From Botryllus schlosseri (Eukaryota), in assembly GCA_051294905.1 (NCBI GenBank), contig CM119371.1, forward strand, positions 21,640,001-21,704,000: DNA of 64,000 nt, written 5' to 3'. Shown here piece by piece: positions 38,292-50,899 of this stretch; the first letter of the stretch is position 1; the number at the start of each line of letters is the position of its first letter. Below the pieces are notes generated by a model. It was not told where the DNA came from, searched no databases, and saw only the letters and a list, made by a program, of their open reading frames with translations. Position numbers and translations under genes: made by a program.

Positions 38292-39913
38292 ATCTAAATG
38301 ATTGAAATCGTTTTTCTTCTCCATTCATACAGATATCAGTTACATAAAGATTCAAAAAACATGACCATTGCGAATCGCAGCCAACTATAACCGAACATAT
38401 TTTCGGTAGTCGAAGCAGCGCAAGACAAGTTGTTCCAGGCAGCAGATTAGCAACCCAAATAAATCAAAGCATTGTTGTATGATCTTATCGTTTGCGAAAG
38501 CCTGCCTATCAGAATTGTCGAAACACACGGATTCAAGAAATTTCTACAAATTTTAGCCCCTGGACATAAGCCATTGTGTCGAGGGTCGGTAAGAAACAAT
38601 TACACGTCACAGCCCAGGATGTAAAGAGCAGCATTACGAAGAAATTGTAAAGCTCCACATCTGTAAGTGCTACCGTTGACATCTGGCCAGATAGAAAAAT
38701 GAGGTCCTTCCTAGGAGTCACGGCGCACGTTTTGAACCCATATAAAATGAGTCTCGACTTTTATACGTTGGCCTGTGACCGATTTCGTGGGAGGCATGCT
38801 GGGGAAAATATTGCAGCAGCCTTTGAGAAGATATTAGTCGAATTCCGCATAAAATACAAATTAGAATATGTCATTACTAAAAATGCTGCCAATATGAAGA
38901 AAGCTTTTTCAGTTCATTTTGCCCAGGGTGACAATGATTGCGGTTCGCAGGTTTCTCTTGAGAATGCAACTATGTGGGAGACTCCGGAAGATCATGAGCA
39001 AATTCTTGGTGAAATATCTGAAACGGTAAAGCATGGTTGCTTTGCTTGTTTTGCGCACAGCCTCCAACTATGTATAAAAGACGGGTTGGAGCGTGGAACT
39101 TCAATGCGACCAGCGTTGTCAAAACTGTCAGCTTCATCTAATTTGTTGCATTCAAGCACAATATTAAAAGAGGATTTCGAATCGAAATTTGGAGAAAGTC
39201 CATCGCTACATCAAACAAAACTAGATGGAACTCCATGCTGTTTGAAGTACAAAGTAGCCTATTTGTGCCCTAGATCATACACAGCTAAGTGAAGTATGCC
39301 AAAGTGTGGGTCACCCTGAAATGATATTCTCGGCACCTGAGTGGTCACAATTGAAAGAATTTATCAATATTTTGGATCCCTTCACTATTGCCAGAGATCT
39401 CACTCAGGGAAAATATACACCCACTATCAATTGTGTCGTAGCCACCCGGCTCTCACTCTACAACCATGCAAATGGGCACATCCTCACTGTCAATTACTTG
39501 CGCGCATTAGTTGAAACATTGAAGAATTCTCTTTTAAAGCGTTTTGCAGGAGAGTTTGAAAATGTGAACATGATCACAACTGATGAGTCTTTGGATAGGC
39601 CTATCGGTAATCCCGAACCGCTTGGTGAAACCATTTACCTCACATCATGCGTGCTCGATCCGAAATTTGCTTTCAATTGGCCCATCCACCTGCGGAACGT
39701 GTATTCAGTAGAGGTGGATTTATTATAAGGCCATGCCGCTCTAATATATCTGAGGATCTCCTTTCCACTTTGGTATCTTTGAAGTGTAACTCATCATTGA
39801 TTTGATCTGCTGTCTGTTAAAACACACCATACCCTCTGTTCATTTGACGTTTTGTTAGGTATGTGCATTGTGCACATGGGTAATAATGAATAGCTATTGC
39901 TGCGTGATGTTTG

Positions 39914-40408
39914 TGCAATGGGGCTGTTAAAAATAACTTATTTTTTTATTTTACTGGGTAGCTACTTGATAAAATTGTTCGTTTAATAGAAAGAACATTG
40001 AATCTGGCTCAATTCTACAAAGTAGAATCAATGATATGAGAGGAGAAAATTTTTGATTTGAAAATAAGTGGAGTATTTTTAGTGAGAAATTCTTTATCAT
40101 AATATAATTACATACTAGTAGTAAGGCGACTATTTTTTCATATCCAAAACATTCTGCTCTGATATCTTCATTTCTTCGAGTTGGAATTGAGCCAAATTTG
40201 CTCTGAATCATATTTTCACACAATGTAACAATATCATGAGATAGCCGGTATAGCTCGAAAATCTCTATTTGCAATTATTCCAAAATTTTCTTTCATAGCA
40301 TTGCTTTCTACTGGTTAGAATTGAGCCAAATTTGATTTTTTTAGGCAATCACACAATTTTGAAGTAGCCGGAAAATTTGAAAAAATGTTTATGAACAGCC
40401 CCATTGTA
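39914..40408. mobile_element. Small TIR element with caatggggctgtt ends (possibly Transib/Chapaev-like)
   Basis: tgcaatggggctgtt/aacagccccattgta; internal ttgagccaaattt repeats; related pieces at ~34540-34995 and ~53070-53352. No clear TSD. Confidence 0.5.
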
Positions 40409-40996
40409 CAGTTATTTCTCAAGTGCCGTCACTGCGATGTAGTCTGTAATACAATTGGGAAAAACTTCTTATAGTAATATCAAAAAGAATTGTCACTGCG
40501 CAATGCACATAGCTGCATGCACGCTTTTACAGCATGCTGGCCTGGTGTAAATACCTCTACATAAACATGCATCTGTTGATTCTCTATCAGCTGGTATCTT
40601 GGCGTGAATTCGTTGGTTCTCCATCAGATAGTATGTAGACGTGAATTCGTTGGTTCTCTATCAGCTATATGTGAGCTGTCGTCAATGTGCTCATAATAAA
40701 AACTGAATGCTTGTATTGGTGATGTATCAGACTGGCAAAGCAGATATTTGATTTTAAATTCTAAGATTAGTAAAGTTATCTGTATCATCAGTAAATGAAG
40801 CCAGGACCTGTCCGTTATCTGCCTAAATAAACACGTGCCAAGACTCTTGATAGGGACAAAATGAGCATGTTTGGCAAGAAAGGAATTCGATATCACCCGA
40901 GCAGGATTGAAAACATGAGTTGGAACATGACTTCAACACTGTGACTTGGACTCGACTATACTCATAACACTATGACTCGGACTTAACCCTTTAAAC

Positions 40997-41297
40997 CAGT
41001 GGTTCTCAACCTTGGAAGCGCGCCCCTCTTGGGGGACGTGAAAGCTTCTAGCGTAGAAGCGGTCAAATACAAACATTTTTCGTGCTCTGCGCGATTTACC
41101 TCCAATTCACGCGTGTTTCTCTATATATAGACAGATTTTCATATTTTTGAATTCTCTCATTAACAGTCATAACCTTCCATGTCATCAAACAATCTGTTGG
41201 GATAGCTAGCATCCCCGTTGGATTTTGTGATACGACGGCGCGAAAATTTTCACTGTCATAAAGTGGGACGTGACTGAAAAGAGGTTGAGAAACAGTG
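40997..41297. mobile_element. hAT-Charlie-type MITE
   Basis: TSD ctttaaac (40989-96, 41298-305); interior is the reverse complement of 8377-8698. Confidence 0.88.
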
Positions 41298-44200
41298 CTT
41301 TAAACGGTGACTAGGAGTCGACTCGGTGATGAATTGAAAATGAATCGAGTCAAAACCACAAAAGTAAGATTGAATCGTGACTCGGAACCATGTGACTTGA
41401 TTCAAAGATAGTGGTTCCAAACGTGGGGGTTGTTTGCCTTTATTCTGGCATTTGCGAAGATGTTGTGCGTAGTCAGCTTCCAAAATAACCTGTGAATAAG
41501 TCTGGGCAAAGGTGCTGATTTCTTTTAGTAATCATACCTCATTTTGAAATCCACTAGTGGGCGCTAAAAGTATCCGGAATTCTGGTCACAAAAATATGGT
41601 AACCCTATTATCGACATCATGCAAGAGGGTGCATCATGATTCATGACATCGTAAAACTGTTGGGTTATAATATTGCAGCTATAGTGGACATTTGACGTGT
41701 TACAATTTTTTGTAGAATATTTTAAAATCTACTCAAGATTGATTTGATATCAGAGTATTTGATCGGTGTTGCCTAATCCGGATTTTGATATTGTCGTGAT
41801 AAGTAGGCTATTGTTACTGTCATTGCCAAAGTCAAATTAAATCAGCGTTGGATTTTGCGAAAGCCGATTCCCATAAAATCGCGCGTAGCGCGAATACTAT
41901 TTCCCAGTAGAATAAATTGGCGAAGAAAATAGTTCAAAGCATATATAGACCTAATTCCGCAATTCATCTCGTACCCCATGATGTGCTGCTTCGTACCACG
42001 AAGATGTGTACGGACCCTGGTTAAGAACCCTGGAATAGAAATCTCCAATCGCCGGAGAATTCATTGGTGTTAAAGCTGTGGAGCGCAGTCTACTTTACCC
42101 TACTCACCATCGATAATAACATGGATAAAGAGAACAAACAACACCTAGCATATAACCAGCTATAGGTCGCAGGGGTCAAAGAATGCCAATGGTTGTGCAC
42201 TTCAAAATTACTCAAGTCCATTGAGATAAAACGGACTCAGGTGAAGAGTTGCGGCATTATGCTTGGAATCACTCAGAACCCCTACTATAGGTTTGCCATA
42301 CATCCGGAATTTACCGGACATGTCCGGAATTTCACTTTCAAAACTGCGTCCGGGAGGAATTTATAAAATATGCCAAAATGTCCGGAATTTTGAAGTAAGG
42401 TCATAATTATTTTTCTAAATGAACATAAACAATACTATTGTGGGCAAATTTATGCCCACGATATAGTATCACATATATTGGTTTTAATATGGGGACCACC
42501 ACCCTCGCCAAACTGCGATCACAAAAAAAATAACATTCAGTCACAAAAATAGGTCTAATGGTTATCACAATTACAAGATTACAGTATAGGCTATTCATAG
42601 AATCGGTGTAGGCCGTTTGGACATTCTTGCATTTTCGCAGTCATCATCATCCACCAGTACTACCACTGATCATGTGAGCGGAGAGATGATCAAATTATAT
42701 AGTAATATATGAAAGAACCGATATTATTGACATAATTCACTTAAATCATTTAACGACCAGATGCAAATATAGTAAGCCCCAGAAGTTGCATCGATTACGA
42801 TGGGCTCAAGATTAGTGTTTATTCGGGCGGGTTCCGAGTCGCAAGTCCATCTCTCATTTTAACGTTTGACTCACCTCAACTCGAGTGATTTTTATTTAAT
42901 CCTCCGTCAATCCGAAATCGAGTAATTTTACGAAAGGGCGCACCAAACCAAATCACAATTTGCAGTCACGAATCATCGTGGGACAAGTTTTATCATCACG
43001 AACTAGAAACGTGACGTAATAGCTGATATTCTACCGCATGGTAGTGAAGTGATAGCGAAGTTTGTGGAGATTTCAGTGATTTTTATAGAAGTTTTAGGGT
43101 GAACTTCAAGTTGTTAAATCTAAAAAAGATATATGTCACCTAAATATACTATCATATACTTGAAATTTTAAAATGCCGTATCGGACCGCATGCTGCCCTC
43201 GGGATGCGTGTTTGAGACCTCTATCGTAGAGTGACAGTGGAAGTGAACGAGACCAGTTTCATGGTTTCGGAAGGCACAGGTATAGTGTTTGGTATTAATG
43301 AGCTTTCCTGAAGTATGTGATAATCTCTGTTCAATTTGCTTGGCAAGTGTTGCTCGCCAAACTCAGAACGAAGACGCTGACGACAGCATTATTGTGAGTG
43401 ACCACGGTGGTAGGAGTTGATGAAATTTATAGATACATACTGATATCAGAAATATGACTTGAGTACCAAGAATTAGTGCCGAGTTGTCATATAGTTGAGT
43501 CCTCTCGTTATGGGGATATGCTCTAGGAAAGTGTCCTACTTGTATCTTATTCTTCTAAGCAAGCAACCTAACACAAAGCGGTTACAGCAATTACTTTCTT
43601 GATTCCAGGGTCTCCCACAACATCTGTTAGCAGAGGACGATATAGGCAAAGAATGTCTAAACATAAGAGAAAACGTATGCTTCATTTTTTTGTTTTGCTA
43701 TTGAGGCAAAAACGAAAGCATGTTCTTACTACTCATTAGGATCTGGAAGTTTTGAAGATTGACTGTTGAGCCATGTTGAGCCATATTGAAGAATATGGGA
43801 AGATTAGCCACGAAGAACTAATTGCTCTACAGCAAGAAAGCCAGGCGAAGCCGAGAAATGATGATGCAGTTGATGTTAACTATTGGCCGACTGGCAGATT
43901 CAATGCAAAAATGAGGATGACTGTTTTGATGCCATGTGGAGTTTCTACAGAATTGAAAATGGTCGCATTTCCGCCATCTTTGCAAAAATGACTTGACGTT
44001 TCAGAAATGCGGATTTACTCGTGACTCATAGCAAAATATATACGAGTCAATTTCAAGTCATGAGGTGGGTACTTGGTGTCGATCAAAATCGCTATACTTT
44101 ACAAATGTTCGGATTGTTCCCGATACGCTGGTCTGACTTGTGATGGTTACAAATCACAAATCGCATTCATTCAATGATTTTGCGTTTTACTCGACCTCCC

Positions 44201-44843
44201 TTGTTAAATCGCAAAAAATACACGCACCGCTTACAGCGTACGTTGTAGCAGTAGTAAATTAATATAATAACAGGGTGTCTATCTCTGTTCTATAGAATTC
44301 TAATATAGTTGACAATTTTTATATTATCCTACTAGTCAGGCATTGGCGCAGGCTTAAATTGAGGGGTTTCGTTTGCTATTCTCTATTTTTACGGATAATT
44401 ATAAAGACTTGAGGACGTCGTTTAGCAGTATTCGGGAGTCAAATAACGCCTTTCAGCATGTATATTTTCTAACTTTGTATTTATCCCTCGGCTCATAATA
44501 AATGGCGACCTAAATCTGAATATTAACCAGCTACAAAATGCCATGACTTATTCCTTCTCCGAAAAGACAACTTGCCTCAAATCGAGTCACCTCCAAAATT
44601 GATTTGACTTGACTCGAGTCACTTTCAAAAATCACTCGAGTAAAAATGAGCGATGACTTATGACTCGAAGGTCACAACACTGCTACCTGCGCTCTATGAG
44701 TCTACATTCAGTATGATCTGACGTAAACGGTCGCCTATACAATATCTGCAAATGACTTTATCGTCTTAAACAATTACCAGAACAAAAAGAAATCAAGGCA
44801 TCCAACGAGAGAGAGTCGCTGGCAAATTTGTCAAGGGAGTTCA

Positions 44844-45520
44844 TCACAAATGAGGTCTTATACTACGCCTTAGCGGAAGATTTGTGACAATGTGTTCGGT
44901 CAGCACAAGTCGGACTTCCGTTGCATTAGGTAGCTGTGGAGAGGGTGAGGCCACATCAGCAACTTGGTGTGGATTTGACATCATGTGGGACGAAATGCAA
45001 TTACTGCTTGTCCACCCAGCACTGATAGGGGTATGGGAGCGCTCAAAAATATTGTTTAGAACGCAACATGTTGGAATGATTTGGGGAGCCAGGTCTATTC
45101 TTGTATCAATTTTCTTGCCAATGATACGCCAGCGTTCTTTTAACTTTCCGAATGCATTTTCCACCATTATCCTGATACTGCTCTGGTACGCATGAAAAGA
45201 TCTTTCAGCTAGAGCCAAATTTCAGCTAGTTTAGGGTTTTGGAAGCCACGGCAGTAGGGGATAAGCAGCGTCTCCTAGAATCAGCAATTGAGCCTCCACG
45301 TTGTTTATTCGCACTGGAGCCTGAGAAAAGGAACAACAATTGCGCTACAGAGATCAATATGACAAAAATAGCATGATACGTACACTTGGTGACAAGTTCA
45401 TACTTTCATATATACGCGCGTTTGTGAAAATGAAGGCGTCGTGACAACTTCCAGGCATGGTTACATTAATATCCCAGAAACTGTAATGCTCGCGTTTCAA
45501 TATCACATCGTTTAAGAATC
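44844..45520 (-). pseudogene. PIF/Harbinger (HARBI1-like) DDE transposase remnant with an intron at 45321-45383
   Basis: WDINVTMPGSCHDAFIF | ILGDAAYPLLPWL..VENAFGKLKERWR..CCVLNN; GT-AG phase-0 intron. Confidence 0.88.
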
Positions 45521-45929
45521 CAATTTTCAATGAACTTACCAGTAATTATCATCAACAACAGCTTGCAATACAATAGACTCTCCTCCTTTTTTATATTGAT
45601 AGTCTCGTTTGATATTTGCTGGAGCTGTGATTTGGATATGGCTTCAGTCAATGCAACCGATAACCTGCAAAATGACAGCGTCAATGAGCACTTCAACTTA
45701 TGAATACATAGTGCTACAGTTATACTCGTAAATATAAATACCAACACCGAGAAAACCGTTACCAAATACCCAACTATTCTGATTTGGTAGATATGTGAGC
45801 TCGGTCGGTAGAACGGGGGATAGTCAACCTGATTCAACACCTCTTCCTTTTCTACGTACTTCAATACTCTGTTCAACCGCTAGCGGGATATCGATCGACT
45901 GGTTCAAAAATCACCCTGACACTCTACCT

Positions 45930-46651
45930 CAGGGCCGGCCAACCCGTGGCCCGCGGGTCACATGTGGCCCGCGAGAAGGTTTTGAGTGGCCCGCGAGGTA
46001 ATTTCCGAAATTTCTAATATCAAAAATGGATTGCACAGATTGTGAACTTGCAAGGCCAACCAAAAATTTGATTAGTTTCGCCGCAACACTTGAGATGTGA
46101 TGACAAAAATATCAGTTCCGACGCATTGACAGATTCATCAGCCAGTCCCATATTGGTATATCTTCGTACACTACAATAAAGCAGAATAATTTGAGATGGA
46201 TTTATCAAAAGTAAAAATTTTCTACAAGCTTAGCGCAACATGTTGTCACTCGATTCCTTATTTTTAATATTGTTGCCCTTTTTGTGAAAATGGAAGAACG
46301 CCTAATGTATCAGATTGAGTCTAACTATGTTCGCGATTACGAGACAAAGTGTCGTTCAACATATGCGACCTTGCGTTTGCGCTCGCAGTAAGACCGTTAA
46401 CTATGAAACCTAGGCACGGAATGATTGACGCATTTTGGTCGCAGCTTTCGATATCGATATGTCAATGCGCCGAATAGCCCAGTCCTCGCAAACTTAGCCA
46501 AGCGATATACGGCAGGCCCGCAATATAGTCAAGTTACAATATTATTGACCTATGAAATTCATAAAATTTTCGCGCTTAGCGCGGTAAGTGGCCCGCGCAA
46601 TATTTTGTCAATCGAATGTGGCCCTTTGGCTGAAAAGGTTGGCCAGCCCTG
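45930..46651. mobile_element. hAT MITE, second copy of 12411-13114
   Basis: Collinear along its full length; TIRs intact; TSD poorly conserved. Confidence 0.88.
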
Positions 46652-47027
46652 CTATAGGAGAACGGTATATTACTAGAGTTGGTTTAGGCTATTTAGATGC
46701 TTTAATGGTCAAAGTTATTGGCTCTAAACCTGGGGGTTGTTTGTCTTTATTCTGGGATTCGAGAAGATGTTGAACGTAATCAGCTTCCAAAATAGGTCGT
46801 AAGTCTGAGCAGGGCCACAAACATTTTCGAATTAGAAATGGAGTCGCGACCATGAATGGTTGAACACCACCGGATGTGCAACCTGATGGTGTAGATCTGC
46901 ATTTAGGCTCATAAATAGTCTTTTATCCGTGTGACATAACGTAACTTTACGATGTATAATTCGGTTCCCTGTATTTTCAAAGTTATCATCCTCCACCAGC
47001 TTCCCCGCTAACTACGATCATGTGGGC

Positions 47028-48345
47028 GAGAGAGAGAGAGAGAGAGAGATTTATTGATTTGTCCAACCGTAAAGAAAACATCATTTGCACATGAAACAAC
47101 AATAAATGAACTTAACGGTTATAGGACAGAGTGAGACCGATATGACTCTGGGTAGGGTCAATATAACACAGAGCGAATGTTTGTAGATGTTATAGTTGTA
47201 TAATCTGACTCCAGAAGGTTGCGTTTACAATTCGCTGCGTGTTCCCTTGCGTTCGACGGACCGGCGTAACCACGCCGTGCGGCCTTGTTGGCTGACGTAC
47301 CACGAAGCCTGTCTAGTGCACACGTATTCGATGGACCACACTGACGAATATATTTTGTTTCTGTCTCCACGACTTGTAACTTTATTGAATCACGTACGGC
47401 AATGTAACGGACTTCCGAATCAGCGAATAATGAATGAATGAATGAATGAATGAATATCTCTACGTAGTATTACCTATACCTATCTCTCATAGCCACGAGA
47501 GAGTACATGCACCAAACATCGTAACATTTCATATTTTGTTATCTACGTTCACACGACAAAATATACGACTCACAAAGGTCTTATTGGGTCTCAGTTCAGA
47601 GAATTACGCAAGGTTTACCAAGTCCTTATTGAATATTATTAAAATAGTGTTATACCAATGTATTTCGTTAAAGTCAACTAGTCAGATCACACCCTGCATT
47701 AACAAATACAGATATTGTGTCATAAATTTGGATGCATTGGTTGGGATCAATCAATTCAGCTCAGCATAAAAATAAAATACTAATGAAACTACAAATTTGG
47801 TGTGAGACAAGCGGATCATTGGTGATGGGGGATGAGGTGACTGAATAATTCCTTTTTGAAGGAGAGGTATAGGAGGTCCCGTATTGATGAGGGTGTAGCA
47901 TTCCATATGACAGGACCGGCATAGTCAATCGATTTCTTTGTGAGGTTACTGGTGGGTCGATGAAAATAGATGTTGCCCTGGGAAGAAAATCTGGTATTGT
48001 TTGAGTGAACAGTTTGAGCAAGGACGAATAAATCATTAATCACAGGAGGCAATTCATTTGAAAAATATTGATGCATAAATTTAGCTACTTCAAATGTAAA
48101 AATATCGTCAAATTTTGGAATTTTGTATTTGCGGTAGTACTGGGATAATCCTGTTCGATGGGGCAAGCCAGCCATCAAACGCATGACTCGGTTTTGCAGG
48201 GTACGGATTTTAGAACAATGTGAAGTACAAGCATTCCCCCATACAAATATGGCATGATGTAGATACGAGTAAAAAAGCGAAAAGTATATTGTCCCAAGCA
48301 CAGATCTAGGAACTATGTGCTTGAGTTTTGTCATTACACCTACAC
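47028..48345 (-). mobile_element. CR1/L2-type LINE 3' fragment with (TC)n tail
   Basis: ORF 47816-48361 (IYFSLFYSYLHHAIFVWG..LQNRVMRLM; ..YAGPVIWN); AATAAA then (TC)n on the minus strand. Confidence 0.8.
47160..47455 (+). mobile_element. Short retroelement 3' end with (GAAT)n tail nested in the LINE 3' UTR
   Basis: GC-richer segment ending in (GAAT)6; opposite orientation to the host LINE. Confidence 0.45.
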
Positions 48346-48622
48346 ACCTACACCTACGCACCTACGGAGAAATGATCAAAGTTTTATAGTGATATATAAA
48401 ATTTATTTACCAGATGCATATAGAAATCAGATGTTTATTTGGACGGGAAGGGCTGACAAAAATGGTGTTTCGATCCTGGTTACAATACACAACCACATAA
48501 ATGCACCGATCTAACATTATAGTGGCTCCTGATCCGGATCGTCACCCCCTATCCTATGGCGGATAGGATAGGCAAAGCTTCGCTAGTGTGACGTCATATT
48601 GACATACAAAGTGTGCCATAAC

Positions 48623-49627
48623 TAGGGCCATTTAAAGTCATTGAAGTCATATTTTTTTCTATGCATCAGTAAGTCGTGAAATCAATTTTAACGCAAAAAC
48701 CGCATCCATATGGGGTATATTAAGAAAGTTATAAAGTCATATAAAGTCATATTTTCCTGGTTAGGTCATATTTGAGTTATAAAGTCATATTGTTTTATAC
48801 TTTAAATAAAAAGTGCCAATTGAAGCAATTAGCCTACGCACTAAGAAAGTAAGGCAATTTCTGATTGAACGAAGGCAAACTGTAAGGTTAGCCTAGATAA
48901 CGCCTACGAGGTCACACATTGCATTATGAGGTCACACATTGCATTGTGTTGCTACACAATCTGTTTTACTTCTGTGCACTGAAGTGGGACGTCATTTGAA
49001 GTTCAGAGACTTCCACAAGTGAAAGAAATAGTCAACGCATGGGAAGCTGAAGGAGTTATTGTTAAGAGCGTCAAAGATTCAGTGAACGATCCAAAATTGA
49101 CGTGACAGAAATATGCTTCCACTACAACAATATTTCAAACTTGATACTGAAAATGTAACGTACACTATCAAAGAGGCTCATGCTGATCTAAATGCCCTCG
49201 AATTCGGAAAAGATCCGCTTGAGCTCAAAAATTGCATTAAGAAGCGATTGGACAAAAACGATGTGAAACAAATTATGGAGCTACAAAGACAAGACATTTC
49301 ACCAGCGCTGTATGCAAAACTGCAAAGTGTCAACCAACATCAGCGTCTGTGGAGCGGTCATTTTCCTTACTAAAGTCAGTTTTACGTCCAAATCGTAACT
49401 TTAAAGACTCCAACATTCCACACTACATGAAACTACTACAAAAGTGGTTTAAAATAAAAATGGATGCGTATTACTGTTACGTTGTTCATGTTTTACTCGT
49501 CAGTTCCATGAGTGACGTTGGTTACATGTAAAAATACATGATTTTCGCATAAAGTCATATAAAGTCATATTTTCCCAAAAATTAAGTCATATAATTGATT
49601 TTTTAAGGTCATATAAAAATGGCCCTA
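48623..49627 (+). mobile_element. hAT deletion derivative (CGGBP1-like transposase remnant)
   Basis: TIR tagggccattt; TSD gccataac/gccagaac; aagtcata repeats; CQPTSASVERSFSLLKSVLRPNRNF. Confidence 0.85.
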
Positions 49628-50899
49628 GCCAGAACTCATTTTTAAATCCGCCATTGGGCGCTAAATAGTGTCCGGAATTTGCTTCTTACAAATATGGTAA
49701 CTAGGGATGGCGTTCACGTTCGCGTTCTGTGTGTGAACCTCGGAAATTTAGAGGTTCGCGTTCACAACAGAACCTTGGTAGGTTCTGCACTGTAAACCTT
49801 TTTGGTAAATTGTAATTTGCGCTTTATTATAGGATCTTTGGTTCAAACTTATTGCATTTTAACTGCAGGTCACTCCATGCATGGCGCTGGTAGCATAAAA
49901 ATTCAAAACTAAACGAGCATGAACCTTGACAATCTTAAAAGTTTTACTTGCTTTTTTCATACAAAAACTTTCTCGAAATATCCAGCTTTCCGTTTGTGAA
50001 TATTTAGTTACTCTCTGCTGTGAGCTTGACCCGCAATCACACAACATCACTAGCGATATACGTAGTCAGCGAATGGTGCTTATGCAACCAATCAATGACA
50101 TTGATATCGTATTCTGATGTAAAAATCGAGCGGGCGTACGGGGTCAATCTTGACTTCATATCTTTACTTTATCATTAAAACCAAATCCGTGCGATTAAGG
50201 TGCTGGCTACTGAGGTATGACTTGTTTGCGGTATCGGTAGCGAGTATAGAAACCCGTTTTACACTATGCACAATATCAATGTAGCAACACTCAGACTCCG
50301 AAGTCCGGACACATTGTCCGGTCTGACTAAGACCGTTAAGGCGTAAGCTTATATTCCCTAGTAAGTCCTCGTCGAAATTGTTGGCAAAGCGACGGAATGT
50401 ATTGATTTTATGCGATTATTATATCCTTTGATTACCGTGGTTGATACATTTAGCGACGTTTAGAACGCCAATATGTACTTCTGCAATGTGAAATTATGTG
50501 GCCCGAGTCTTCGCTAGGTATCGTGTACAGTAATATACACTGTTAGAAAAATTTTAGTAAATTTACTTCAAATTGCGAGGCAGCAGTTTTACTTACCCTG
50601 GTAACGTTAAATACTAAAAATTAGTAATTTTTTTACTATAATTTTAGTAAATTTTCTGACTCAGGATAAGCAGCATTTCTACTCACTCTTGTAACCTTGA
50701 TACTAAAAATCAGTAATATTTTTACTCTTTCTAGTAAATTACTAGTAAAGCTAGCACTGAATTCACAGTCCTGTCTAGTGTCAATCAATGTATTGATTGA
50801 CTTAATGCTATATGCATGGCGGTTTTCTAACACTTCGCGCCCTGGCAATACGCACAACTCCATGGAAATGATTGAATCAAATGTTGCAGCATGAAAGCA

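Larger units (their letters stand above)
38360..41403 (+). mobile_element. hAT (ZBED1/ZBED4-like) element, same family as 33833-35867; left end missing
   Basis: Transposase pseudogene 38400-39790 (DIWPDRKMRSFLGVTAH, CFAHSLQL, TRWNS, LDPKF); 39690-41400 is the reverse complement of 33840-35200. Confidence 0.88.
42288..49701. mobile_element. Possible old hAT with tccgga subterminal repeats; ends only
   Basis: Left end taggtttgccata..tccggaattt; right-end-like tccggaattt..tatggtaac at ~49670-49701 (another at 41575-41607). No TSD found, so pairing is uncertain. Confidence 0.4.

Noticed and set aside
43740..43991. Tigger/pogo-like C-terminal remnant (LLSHIEEYGKISHEELIALQQE)
   Set aside because: Too short, with no DDD domain or TIRs to support it.
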